A stretch of 64,000 nucleotides of DNA from Azolla caroliniana (GCA_043228905.1 JBHGNT010000007.1:8866001-8930000), one strand, 5' to 3'; counted from the first letter of the stretch, positions 1 through 11,366 are shown. Notes: generated from the sequence alone by a model not told the origin. Made by a program: numbers and translations.

Positions 1-11
1 TGGATAGAACC

Positions 12-1256
12 GTGAAGCTTCGTCCAGATACGGGAAAGGTATGCGACCCGACGAGGTTCCGAAAAATTGTCGGACGCCTCATATATTTGACCATCACCCG
101 ACCCGACCTCAGTTATCCGGTCGGGGTGATCAGTCAGTTCATGGCGCGACCTACCGAGGAGCACCTTCAGTGTGCGCAACGCATACTTCGGTATGTAAGC
201 GGCACTAAGGACCGCGGACTTCTATATCGGACCGGTGCAGCTGCACAGTTAGTCGGCTATACCGATGTTGATTGGGCTGGCAACGCCGCCGATCGTCGAT
301 CCACGTCTGGATACGCGTTCTCCCTCGGGAGTGCCGCGATCGCGTGGAGCAGTAAGAAGCAGCCGACAGTTGCCCTATCGAGCATCGAAGCTGAGTACCG
401 AGGAGCGGTTGTCGCGACATGTGAAGCCATATGGTTGAAGCGGCTACTTAAGGACCTGCAGGTGGAGGTGTCCGATCCAACGACGATCTACTGCGACAAC
501 CTCAGCAGCATCCAGCTCGCGAAAAACCACGTTTTCCACGCACGGACCAAGCACATTGAGGTGCACTACCATTTCGTCCGTGAGCGTGTCCTTTCCGGTG
601 AAGTCGAACTTCAGTACGTTCCGACGGATCGGCAGACTGCCGACATCTTCACCAAGCCTCTTGGTCTGGACAAGTTGCGGCAATTCTCAGGTGTGCTCGG
701 GTTGCGTCACCTTGACATGCCGAACTTGAGGGGGAGAAAAGTCCCGAACAACCAACCAAGGCAGCAGGAAGGGAGCGGACACTGCGACACCGAGTCGGTT
801 GTCAAGTTCGACATCAGATCGGCTGAAGAAGCCGAGGGCGGACCCGCGGAAAAGTTCGGAAGAGGACAGAAGGGGAGCAGCCGAAGAAGAGAGCCGATGC
901 CAACCACGCATGGGGGAGATGACACCATCAAGGGCGAGAAGACCAAAGACGAGTTGGAGACAGCCAACTCGGACGAGAGCGAAAACCGATCGGAGGTAGC
1001 CGAGTCGGTTCGGATGTTTGATTCAGACACGCTGAATCAACCGAGGCCCAAGCAGAAGAAAAGGCAGCAGGAGAAGCGTCAACACCACAACAGCAGAAGA
1101 GCTGATAAGGGCCGCATGAGCATACAAGCCGACCGGAAGGGTCGAAGCACGCGGAGTCGAACAGGTCGAGGAGCGCGAGCGAGGCGAGAAGCCAGGAGGA
1201 ACCGGTGCTGTGAAGATCCCGAAGAGCCTCAAGTTGAGCTTGAGGGGGAGTGTTGA
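12..1256 (+). mobile_element. 3' end of a Ty1/copia pol (RT C-terminus + RNase H) with ~170-aa charged C-terminal extension; element starts before the window
   Basis: Copia motifs LIYLTITRPDL, GYTDVDWAG, SWSSKKQPTVALSSIEAEY, YCDN, FHARTKHIEVHYHFVRE, ADIFTKPL. ORF continues past the usual LRG end to the PPT ttgagggggag (1240-1250). Confidence 0.95.
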
Positions 1257-1637
1257 GAGACAAGCTCAACATCGGCCGGATCGGCTGAAGAAGCCGAGGA
1301 CCGGATCGGTTGGGACCGATCGGTTAGGCCGAGTGCGTAAACTGGGAGATCGTTAGGAAAGATATTCCGTGAGGAATATATTTGGGAGTTAGTGTAGGGG
1401 CTCTTGATGAGCATTGAAGTACTGTCAGTACTTCGGTCAGTCCTTCTAGGGCTTGTATAAAAGTGTTCACTGAGCACGTCTTATGTACAGACTGAGTATT
1501 ATTATTGAATATAGAGTTTTCTGTGTTTCTTTCTCTGTCTCTCCCGCGTATATCGTGTAAGCCCAACCTCTCCATTGAACCTGAGTTTCCTTCCTCTGTT
1601 CTGTCTTCATACCTGCTTCCGCACGCTATTTTCTACA
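1251..1637 (+). repeat. 3' LTR of the upstream copia element
   Basis: Starts TGTTG right after the PPT and ends ...ttctaCA. Similar to LTRs 3969-4391 and 10030-10452 (aagtactgtcagtact, tgtataaaa, actgagcacg). Confidence 0.85.
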
Positions 1638-1708
1638 ACAACCTACCAACCTACCGGTTTCAATCCAATCCAGCTCCCCGAAACCGATCCGTCTCCGATT
1701 GAGCTTGT

Positions 1709-2221
1709 TGTCATAGACATGACAACGGTCATGTCAAGATTTGAACTCTTGACCTCTTATATATAGTCAAGTGTTGTGTTCTAACCAACACGTCCAAATA
1801 TATTATCACATTATATATATCTTAGTAGATTATTAGTAGATTATCTATTTCAAGTTCTAGGAGTTTTTAGAAAGTTCTAGAACTAGAAGGTTCTAGAGAG
1901 TTCTAGAATATTCTCCCGAATATTCTAATGCATGTACTTTGACTCACAGTATAAATACTTGTAACTTCCTTGGTCCCTTTGAAGGGATTCAACACCAGTC
2001 ATTGACACATCAATCTAGTATTCTTGTTTAGCCCCATCTTCTCTCCTTGATTTACCTCTTTGTCTTTATGTTATTGTATTGGTTCCTAACATCTTGAGTT
2101 CCTCATCTCATTGTTCCCGAGTTTCTAGCCTCATCACGTCGAGTTCCACGTTCGTAACCTTATCGGTCGTAGCCTTGTCATCTGTGCTTTGTCATAGTCT
2201 AGCGTTGGTGTGTCCGTGACA
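1709..2221 (+). repeat. 5' LTR of element A (513 bp)
   Basis: TGTCA/TGACA terminal inverted repeat; direct repeat of the 3' LTR pieces. Confidence 0.9.
1870..1957 (+). promoter_or_regulatory. Heat-shock-element cluster plus TATA box in LTR A
   Basis: GAAagTTCtaGAA (1870-1882) and GAAggTTCtaGAGagTTCtaGAAtaTTC (1886-1913) fit the inverted nGAAn HSE consensus; tataaata at 1950-1957. Confidence 0.7.
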
Positions 2222-2249
2222 GTTTGAATCCCTTCCAACTAGAAGCATT

Positions 2250-2620
2250 ACCCGTCTTCATCATCACCCTTGCTTCTAGAGTTACCATCGTCACCATCAT
2301 TGGTTCTAGAGTTATCATCATCAACATCCCTTTGTTTTCTATCTTCCTCACCATCTCTATCTCTTAGTTTCTTCTCATCATCGTCTTTGTCTTTTAGATT
2401 CTTCTCATCCTTCACATCTCTATCTCCTAGTTTCTTCTCATCATCATCTCTATCTCTGCACTTCTTATCATCTTCCACATCCCTATCTTTGCATTTTTTG
2501 TCATTGTCATCCTTCTCCTTGTGTTTCCTACCATTTTCATCTCTATCTATGTGTTTCTTATTACCTTCGTCCTTTTCTCTGCATTTCCTATCACCTTCAT
2601 CCTTGTCTTTGTGTTTTCGC
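2250..2620. repeat. Degenerate ~30-33-bp pyrimidine-rich tandem repeat in element A interior (minus strand reads as KDRDDDEKK repeats)
   Basis: Recurring ctctatctct...ttcttctcatcatc units; ORF 2248..2709(-) is periodic charged low-complexity sequence. Confidence 0.75.
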
Positions 2621-2647
2621 TCTTTTCCACTAGTGTTTGTGTCTCTG

Positions 2648-3490
2648 GTGACGACCGTACATGATCTCTCATGCCCTTGGTTTTCGTGTCTCTGTTGAGG
2701 ATTGCACATGGTCGCTCACGTCCGTTGGTGTTCCAATCCCACGTGAGGACCGCACATGTTCGTTCACGTCTGTTGGTGTTCGTGTCTCTAGTGAGGACCG
2801 CACATGGTCGCTCACATCCGTTGGTGGTCCAATCTCTGGTGAGGACCGCACATGGTCGCTCACGTCCGTTGGTGTTCCAATCCCCGGTGAGGACCGCACA
2901 TGGTCGCTTACGTCCGTTGGTGTTCGTGTCTCCGATGAGGACCGCAAATGGTCGCTCACGTCTGTTGGTGTTCGTGTCTCCGGTGAGGACCGCACATGAT
3001 TGCTCACATCCGTTGGTGTTTCAGTCTCCAGCGAGGACCGCACATGGTCGCTCGCATCCATTGGTGTTCCTGTCTCCGGTGAGGACCGCACATGGTCACT
3101 CAAGTTGGTGTTCAATCTCCGATGAGGACCGTACATGGTTGCTCATGCCCGTTGGTGTTCCAGTTCCAAGTGAGGACAGTACATTGTCGCTCACACTCAT
3201 GTTGGTGTTCCAGTCTCCAGTGAGGACCGAACATGGTCACTCACGCTCACATTGGTGTTACAATCTCTGATGAGGACCATACATGGTCGCTCACACTCAT
3301 GTTGGTGTTCCAGTCTACAATGAGGACTGAACATGGTTGCTCATGCTCACATTGGTGTTCTAGTATTCCGGTGAGGACCGTACATAGTCGCTCACCCCCT
3401 TGGTGTTCCAGTTTTCAGTGAGGACCATACATGGTCGCTCACGTTCACCCGTGCTCATATTTCTGGTGAGGACTACTCATGGTCACTCAC
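2648..3490 (+). repeat. Tandem array of ~18 units of ~48 bp (43-51), each with the hairpin GTGAG-GACC-N6-GGTC-G-CTCAC
   Basis: Unit starts at about 2648, 2695, 2743, 2791, 2839, 2887, 2935, 2983, 3031, 3079, 3122, 3170, 3220, 3270, 3320, 3371, 3418, 3466. Confidence 0.95.
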
Positions 3491-3570
3491 TCCTTAACGT
3501 ACTTTGGTTTTCTCTTTCAACTCACCCCTACACCATGCTTTCGAAAAGACGGCCATAAAGGGGAGGATAA

Positions 3571-3968
3571 TGTCACAGACATGACAACAGTCATGTCAAG
3601 ATTTGAACTCTTGACCTCTTAATATATATAGTCAAGTGTTGTGTTCTAACCAACATGTCCAAATATATGACCATGTTATGTATATCTTAGTAGATTATTA
3701 GTAGATGATCTATTTCAAGTTCTAGGAATTTTTAGAAAGTTCTAGAACTAGAAGGTTCTAGAGGGTTCTAGAATATTCTCCCGAATATTCTAATGCATGT
3801 ACTTCGACTCACAGTATAAATACTTGAAACTTCCTTGGTCCCTTTCAAGGGATTCAATACCAGTCATCAACACACCAATCTAGTATTCTTGTTTAGCCCC
3901 ATCTTCTCTCCTTGATTTACATCTTTGTCTTTATGCTATTGTATTGGTTCCTAGCGTCTAAAGTTCCT
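3571..3968 (+). repeat. 3' LTR of element A, first part (continues at 10458-10575)
   Basis: Matches 1709-~2103; interrupted at ttcct by the copia insertion. Confidence 0.9.
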
Positions 3969-4499
3969 TGTTGAGTGACAAGCTCAACATTCGGTGCGTA
4001 ACACGATGCGTAACCCAGTGTGTAGACTTGGTGCGTAAAACAATACACATAACGTGGTTGTATCGGTGCGTAAACCGAAAGGCCGTTAGTATGGTATTCC
4101 TCGTAAGGAATAATTTTGGGAGTTAGTTTAGTAGGCTCATTTATGAGTAGTCAAGTACTGTCAGTACTTGTGTCAACCCGATAGTCAGGGTTTGTATAAA
4201 ACGTGCTCACTGAGCACGAAATATGTACAGAGGGTCATTATTTTCAAATAGAACTGAGTTGTCTGCTCTCTCTCTTTGTCTCTCCCTCTCCATCTCCATC
4301 TCTGCGTTTTCTGTGTTTTTTACCAAACTGTCATTCTCCGAACTGTGTAGTCTGTGCTTTGCATACGTTTCCGCACACGTATTCTTTTACATGGTATCAG
4401 AGCGTGAGGTTTGAAGTCCTCTGCAACCGACAGAAAAGCTTGCGACAGAGACATAGTTGAGTTGTTATTCTTGGCTTTCGGAAAAGATAAGACAGCAAC

Positions 4500-7400
4500 A
4501 TGGACAAAGGAATGGGAAGCTGACTGCCGACTGAGAAGCTCGATAGGAGCAACTATGCATCTTGGTCGTACATGATGCACCAGTACTTGCTTGGTCATGG
4601 CTACTAGAGTTATGTCGAAGGAGATAATGATACAGCACCCGAATCGACACACAGGGATTTTTCGTCTTGGGAACAAGCGGCAAGCAGAGTTCTCTACCGC
4701 TTTGCGTCCTGTGTGAGTGACCAGCTATTGAGCTATATTCAGGATGCCCAGACACCAAAGGACGCATGGGAGAATCTCAAGAAGATTTTCGCTGCTAGCA
4801 CCACAGCCAAGAAGCTTCAACTCAGGTAGGAGTTGAGCAATATTCGACAACGAGATATGTCGGTAGCTTATTACACCTCCCAGATCAAAGAAATCTGCGA
4901 CTCTCTCTCCTCCTTCAAAGTGAACGTCGAGGAAGATGAAATTGTGCAAGTTTGTCTTGGTGGGTTAGCGTCAAAGTTCGGAGCGTTCCGAACGGCGGTC
5001 TGTACGAGGGAGAATATGCCTACGTTCTTCGAGCTTTAGTCAATGTTGCTCGTGGAGGAAAATCACGTGGGTGCGTCGACAAGTACGATCGCCAATGGCA
5101 AGATGTTGTACACAAAGGGAGATAGGCCCCGTGGTCTTGGCGGACGAGGCAGATCGGCGCGTAATGGAGGCTGCCAAAAAGAGCTGAATGGACGGCATAA
5201 TCAAAATGTCGGGAACAATTCCAAACCCTCCGGAAGCAGGGGGAGTCATGGCGAAGCCGGAAGCCGGCAAGATAAGGCCACGACAGAATGTTGGTACTGT
5301 GGCAAGAAAGGCCACAAGTAGAGCGAGTGCTGGAAAAAGAAAGCCGATTCGTACAAAGCTGGATCAAGCGGAAGAGACTCAGGAAGGCGTCAAAAGTCGC
5401 ACTATGGTGAGGACTCCGAATGAGCAAAAAATGGATCAGGCCTTGCCTTTGTAATGAAGCACAAGGCCAATTCAATGGTCGTGAACACCTCGAAATCGAG
5501 CGAGGTGTGGTATGTCGATTCCGGAGTGTCAAATCATATGACGAGTCATGAGGAATGGTTCTCGTACTTGGAGAAGCTGGAAAAGCAAGGAGTGGTCGAA
5601 ACCGGAGACGAGACTCAGCATACCATCGAACATGTCGGTGAAGTTCCCCTCAGCCATGTTGGGTAGAAAGGGAAACTCTTGAACGTGCCACACGTCCCAA
5701 CAATAACCAAGAACCTTGTGTCGATCGGACAGATCGTCGACCAAGGTATGCAAGTTCGATTCACACATCTTGGTTGCTTCATACAAGAGGAGGGCAAAGT
5801 AATCGCGCAAGGGCGCCGTGAAGGGAGGATGTTTATCCTCGAAACCAACAATGTGGGCCCCACTATGTTTGCGAAAGGGCAGAAGGTCGAGTCAGACATC
5901 AACCTGTGGCATAAGCGGTTCGGCTATATTAACTTCTCATGGCTTTGTGAAATGCAGACAAAGAACATTGTGTTCGTCTTGCCGAAATTTAGAGGCCGGA
6001 ATGGCCAAGTCTGCGAAGCCTACTAGATGGGAAAACAACACCGACTTCCATTCCCCAACGAGCGTAATCGTAGTCGAAATCCGCTGGATTTGATCCATTC
6101 GGATGTGTGGGGTCCGGCACAGAACGTGAGTCTCAGTGGAAGCCATTACTTTGTAACCTTCATCGACAACTTCACTTGGCACACGTGGGTATGCACGATC
6201 GCGAAGAAGAGCGAAGTCTTCGCATGTTTCCTAAAGGTGAAGAGCCTTGCGGAAAGGGGAATAGGGTGTAAGATCAAATGCCTACGGTTTGATGGCGGGA
6301 AGGAGTACTTCTCCGACCAGTTCACAAGTTATCTACAGAAGGAGGGAATTCGACGCGAATTCTCGTGTAGATACACACCGCAGCAGAACAGCGTGGCCGA
6401 GCAAAAGAATCAGACAATCGTATAAGCGGCCAAGGCAATGCTTGAAGAGAAGCATATGCTGAAATTCTATTGGCTAAAGCCGTGAGGACAGATATCTACC
6501 TGCAGAATCGGACTTCTGCTAATGGAGGAGTGTCGCCACATGAATTGTATTTCGAGAAGAAGCCGAACTTGGCACACTTGAGGATTTTCGGTAGCATTGC
6601 ATATGTGCATGTGCCGAAGGAAAAGAAGAGGAAGTTGGATGCCAAAGCCAAAAAGTGCATCTTAGTCAGCTATCCAGACGAGTAGAAGGGGTATAAGTGT
6701 TATCACCCCCGAACAAAGGAAGTGCGTGTAAGTCGAGATGTCGTGTTCGACGAGTCCACTTTGTGGTACTTGCCTTCCCCTCCAGTACCTCATGACTCCA
6801 TTCCTAATTCTTAAGAAGAAGTCAGCGAGGTTGAGATGCCTCCGCATGATGAGGACATCGAAGCTCTGAGAGAGAGTCCGATCTCATTTCGGCTGAGTGG
6901 GCCAAATGAGGGGCTGGACCGAAATGGCCAACCAAATGAAGAGACGGCGAGTAATGAAGACTCAGTCGTGATGTCCCCGCATAAAGAACCGAGGAGACAG
7001 TTTACCCACTAGGAGAAAGGGAAGAAAAATATGTCAGAGTACGATTTTGACAATGGCCGAGTCAGATCAGAGTGAGCCTGACTACGGGAAAACTTAAAAG
7101 GAACCTCCACGGAAGAGGTTGACATTAGCCGAAAAAGTTGTGAAATCAGGTAATCACGAATTACACCGATCTACCCGCGAAGAACCCCATTGTCGTGATG
7201 TTCTGTGTCCAATGGGAGAAATTGTGAAATAGTGTGGCTCCACACACATTATACACATGATTATAAATATGAAATTTAGCGTAGGGTCTGATGACATTCA
7301 AGTGCATATAGAAGGGTGCAAGCAAGATTTAAACCTTGCACTTCTAAGATAGGAAGCAATTATCTTACCACTAAAGCTACTACTAAGTGCTTTAGATTTT

Positions 7401-10035
7401 GTATATTTCCTTCTCATATTTAGTATTCCATAGGAAACAAACATACAAAACCGTGTACACAAAACCATGGTTTTAGCCTATGGTTTTGTGCATGCCACAA
7501 GGAAAACCGTGTGCCCGAAAACCATGGATTCAAGCCCATGGTTTTGTGCATGTTAGAAGGATAGATAAACCTATAAAAACCCTCGTAAGGCTTGTGTAAT
7601 GGGAGGGGATCAATCAATGGATGAATCAAACAATCTATGAATCAATCTATGTATCAAATCGAAAATTAATAATAAGAAACCTTAGTTATCTTATTGGTGA
7701 TGTGTATCTATCTATCTATCTATCTTAAAAACTTCCTCAATTTTCTCTCTCTCTCTCACTCTAACCACATTAGTGCGTCACTTCAGCCGCCCATCATCCA
7801 TAACCACGAGCAGATAGAGGCTCGGTGCTTGTCCATGCTTGTGACGCACACATTTCGACATTTGGCACGTGTGTCACACGCCATGCAACACCGTAAAGAG
7901 ATACGGGTATAATGAGTACATGGCGCACCATTACGCGTACATGACACGAGTGGCGGAAGTGCATGAGCCAGAGAGCTACGCAGAAGCGGCAGAAGACGCA
8001 AACTGGCGTGCCGCGATGGAGGAAGAGATGCGCACTTTGACTGATAATGAGACTTGGGACCTAGTTGACGCACCGAAGGGTGTAAAGTTGATTGGATGTA
8101 GGTGGGTGTATAAAGTGAAATACAATACCGACGGCTCAGTCAATCGATACAAGGCTCGTTTAGTTGCGAAAGGCTACACGTAGAAGCACGGCGTAGATTA
8201 CGACGAGACCTTCGCGCCAGTTGCAAAGATGACTACCGTGCGTGTTCTACTAGCCGTAGCTGCGGCAAAGGGGTGGCACTTACATCAGATGGATGTAAAG
8301 AACACGTTCCTACAAGGTGATCTTGAGGAACAGGTGTACATGGTACAGCCCCCCGGATTTCTATCCGAACGAAACACTTCGACAATTTGCCGACTGAAGA
8401 AGTCACTCTACGGTCTTAAGCAAGCCCTGCGAGCCTGGAACGCGAAGATTACGCAACATTTGCATAGGATGGGGTTTACGACGTCGAAATTGGACTCTTC
8501 ACTATTTGTTCGGCAAGGTGAATATGGACCGGTTAGCCTTCTACTGTATGTTGATGATTTAGTCATCGCTGGTGCCGACCTGGACAAAATCTGCCATGTA
8601 AAGTCTCAGCTTGCGGCATCATTCGAAATGAAGGATCTTGGAGACCTTCATTACTTCCTTGGGATCGAAGTGATCCACGCCCCTGAAGGCATATTGATCA
8701 GCTAGCATCATTACACGCTGAATATGCTCTTCAAGTTCGAGATGGCCAACTATAAGCCCATCTTGACCCCTCTGGATAGAAATGCAAAGCCGAGATTCGG
8801 GGAAGGCATGCGACCCGACACGGTTTCGACAGATTGTCGGAAGCCTGATATGTTTGACGATCTCCAGGCCGGACCTCAACTACCCGGTCAGACTGATCAG
8901 TTAGTTTATGTCGCAGCCTACGGCCGAACTTTTTCAGTGCGCACAAAGGATATTGCGATATGTCAACGGCACGAAAGACATGGCGTTGCTGTATCGGATA
9001 GGCGTAGTCGAACAGATGGTTGGCTACACGCATGTCGATTGGGCCGGAAACGCCTGTGATCGTAGATCCACATCCGGATATGCCTTCTCATTAGGAAGTG
9101 TGGCGATCGCATGGAGCAGTAAGAAGAAGCCGACAGTAGCACTGTCGAGCACGGAGGCCAAATATCGAGGGGCGACTGTCGCTATGTGCAAAGTCATTTG
9201 GCTAAAACAACTGTTACGGGATCTGCATGTGGAGGTGTCCGATCCGACGAAGATCTATTGCGACAACCTTAGCAGTATCCACCTTGCGAAAAACCCTGTA
9301 TTCCACGCCCGGACCAAGCACATTGAGGTGCATGAGCATTTTGTCCGTGAACGGGTCCTTTCAGGTGAAATCGAACTAGCGTATGTTCCGACGAATCGAC
9401 AAGTTGTTGACATTTTCACCAAGCCTCTTGGTCTCGACAAGTTGCGGCATTTCTCAGGTGAGCTTGGGTTGCGTCACCTCAACATGCCGAACTTGAGGGG
9501 GAAACAAGAACAAGAGAGTGAAAGGAGCAAAGGTGATCATCGCGGCGGAAGAGATCGTGATGCGGAGTCAGATGAAGAATTCGATTTCGGGCCGGTTGAA
9601 GAAGCTGATGAAGAGAGCAAGGGTCGTAATCGTAGGGAAGAGCCGAGGACAGCCGAATCAAGGGGAGGTAAGGCCAAGACCAAGATGTGGTCTAACATTG
9701 TCAAAGGCCTAAAGACTGAAGATGAATTGGAGACAGCCAATTCGGATGTAAGTGGAATTGAATCGAAAGAGACCAATTCAATAGAAATGTTTGATTCGGA
9801 TATTATGAATCGATTGAGGGCCAAGCAGAGGAAAGGGCAGTGGAAGAGGCGCCAACACCACAACAGCAAGGGAGCTGAGAAGGGCCAAATGAGTAGACTA
9901 GCCGACCATAAGGGTCGAGGAGCGCGGAATCGAACAGGTCGAGGTACGCGAGCAAGTCGTGAAGCCAGGAAAAGCCGGAATGAAGATCCAGAGGAGCATG
10001 TGGAACTCCGAGTTGAGCTTGAGGGGGAGTGTTGA
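4500..10035 (+). pseudogene. Disrupted copia gag-pol (gag, CCHC knuckle, protease, integrase, RT, RNase H)
   Basis: Fragments CWYCGKKGH, WYVDSG, LWHKRFG, LIHSDVWGP, YKARLVAKG, HQMDVKN, LLYVDD, RTKHIEV, split by many stops and frameshifts. Confidence 0.92.
7191..7890 (+). mobile_element. Solo LTR (700 bp) inserted between copia integrase and RT
   Basis: TGTCG...CAACA. The host sequence (aac ccc gta aag aga) rejoins if a 4-bp TSD ccat/ccgt is removed. The start tgtcgtga resembles the LTR 5' end of elements D and E. Confidence 0.7.
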
Positions 10036-10457
10036 GTGACAAGCTCAACATTGGGTGTGTAACACGGTGTGTAACCCAGTGTGTAGACTGGGTGTGTAAA
10101 ACAGTACGCATAATATGGTCGTATCGGTGCGTAAACCGAAAGGCCGTTAGTATGGTATTCCTCATAAGGAATAATTTTGGGAGTTAGTGTAGTAGGCTCA
10201 TTTATGAGCAGTCAAGTACTGTCAGTACTTGTGTCAGCCCGATAGTCAGGGCTTGTATAAAAGGTGCTCATTGAGCACGAAATATGTACATAGGGTCATT
10301 ATTTTGAAATAGAACTGAGTTGTCTGATCTATCTCTCTGTCTCTCCCTCTCCATCTCCATCTCTGCGTTTTCTATGTTTTTTACCAAACTGTCATTCTCT
10401 GAACTGTGTACTCTGTGTTTCACATACGCTTCCGCACATGTATTCTTTTACATTCCT

Positions 10458-10575
10458 CATCTCATCGTTCCCGAGTTTCTAGCCTCATTATGTTGTGTTC
10501 CACGTTCATAACCTTATCGGTTGTAGCCTTATCATCTATGCTTTGTCGTAGTCTAGCGTTGGTGTGTCCGTGACA
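10458..10575 (+). repeat. 3' LTR of element A, second part
   Basis: Matches 2104-2221 and ends gtgtccgtgaCA. Confidence 0.9.
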
Positions 10576-11171
10576 CTTGCTCGCTCAATAGCCTTGATGC
10601 GAAAAACTGATAATGAATCATACTCAATGCATATCCAACGTAGATATTAGAGTATGTAAGGTTGTCTTAATATGCCAATTAACCCACCATAAGTTCTTAG
10701 TGCTATATGAGAGTAACTCCCAATAGCAATATTATATCGTAATTTCTCTTTTCAATTTAATCTTGATTTTAAATATTTGTGCTATTTTAACTGCCCTTTG
10801 TGAAAATGGAAAGGCGAAAGGGCTAGCTGGGATTTTAAGAATTCAATTGGGAATTTCATGTAAAATAGTCGGCATTGGCAATGCATGATTTATCCCATTT
10901 CTAATGTGTAACATTAATGTCTTTAACTTGCCATTTGAGATCCAAGAACTTCACGTGACAAGTTTTGGTAGACAACTATCCAAGTCAAGTGCAAGATAGG
11001 TCCGGAGGACCATCACGTGAGCTCATTAGTAAACATAATTTTTTATGTATTTGAATGCATGGATAAAATCTAATGGATACATGATAAACACAAACTTACA
11101 TGATCACATTGTTGACATACATATGATCACATAGTTTAATGCATGGATACAAACAAATGAGTGTATATGAT

Positions 11172-11366
11172 GGCCTCAAAGGCGGCTCCGATGGAGTTGA
11201 AAGACAATGAATAGCCTTCATCCAACAATGGTCGTCCTCTCCCTTTCTTGAGTCAGTGGGCATCCACATAAGATGGAACTATCACGTCCCTACAAGGATT
11301 TGTACATAATAATCTCATTTGTAAAATTTTATAACTAATGGAAGGAGTTTTTTTGGGGGGAAAAAA
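11172..11366 (+). mobile_element. Severely 5'-truncated L1-like LINE (3' tip) with poly(A) and 21-bp TSD
   Basis: Direct repeat aaacaaatgagtgtatatgat at 11151-11171 and 11367-11387, A-run before the second copy. Insert translates ...FIQQWSSSPF...IRWNY, resembling the C-terminus (...FWQKWQNTP...PRWNY) of the LINE at 24060. Confidence 0.75.

Larger units (their letters stand above)
3969..10452 (+). mobile_element. Full-length but decayed Ty1/copia LTR retrotransposon
   Basis: LTRs 3969-4391 and 10030-10452 (423 bp each); tRNA-iMet PBS tggtatcagagc at 4392-4403; PPT 10019-10029; perfect TSD ttcct (3964-3968 / 10453-10457). Confidence 0.95.
1709..10575 (+). mobile_element. Element A: non-autonomous, non-coding LTR retroelement (TRIM/LARD-like, chromovirus-type LTR); its 3' LTR is split by a nested copia
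   Basis: LTR 1709-2221 (TGTCA...TGACA) repeated at 3571-3968 + 10458-10575. PPT aaaggggaggataa at 3557-3570. Flanks cttgt/cttgc (5-bp TSD, 1 mismatch). The ~1.35-kb interior has no gag/pol motifs. Confidence 0.9.

Noticed and set aside
3267-3295. Hammerhead ribozyme / retrozyme (CTGATGAG-GACC...GGTC)
   Set aside because: The required GAAA after stem II is replaced by GCTC, and most units lack CTGANGA.
2248-3421. Protein-coding genes from the repeat ORFs (KDRDDDEKK; TPTDVSDHVRSS)
   Set aside because: Several frames are open only because the repeats lack stops, and later units (43-51 bp) break frame.
2648-3490. CRISPR array (palindromic repeats at regular spacing)
   Set aside because: The inter-hairpin segments are homologous to each other rather than unique spacers; there are no cas genes and the context is a eukaryotic LTR element.
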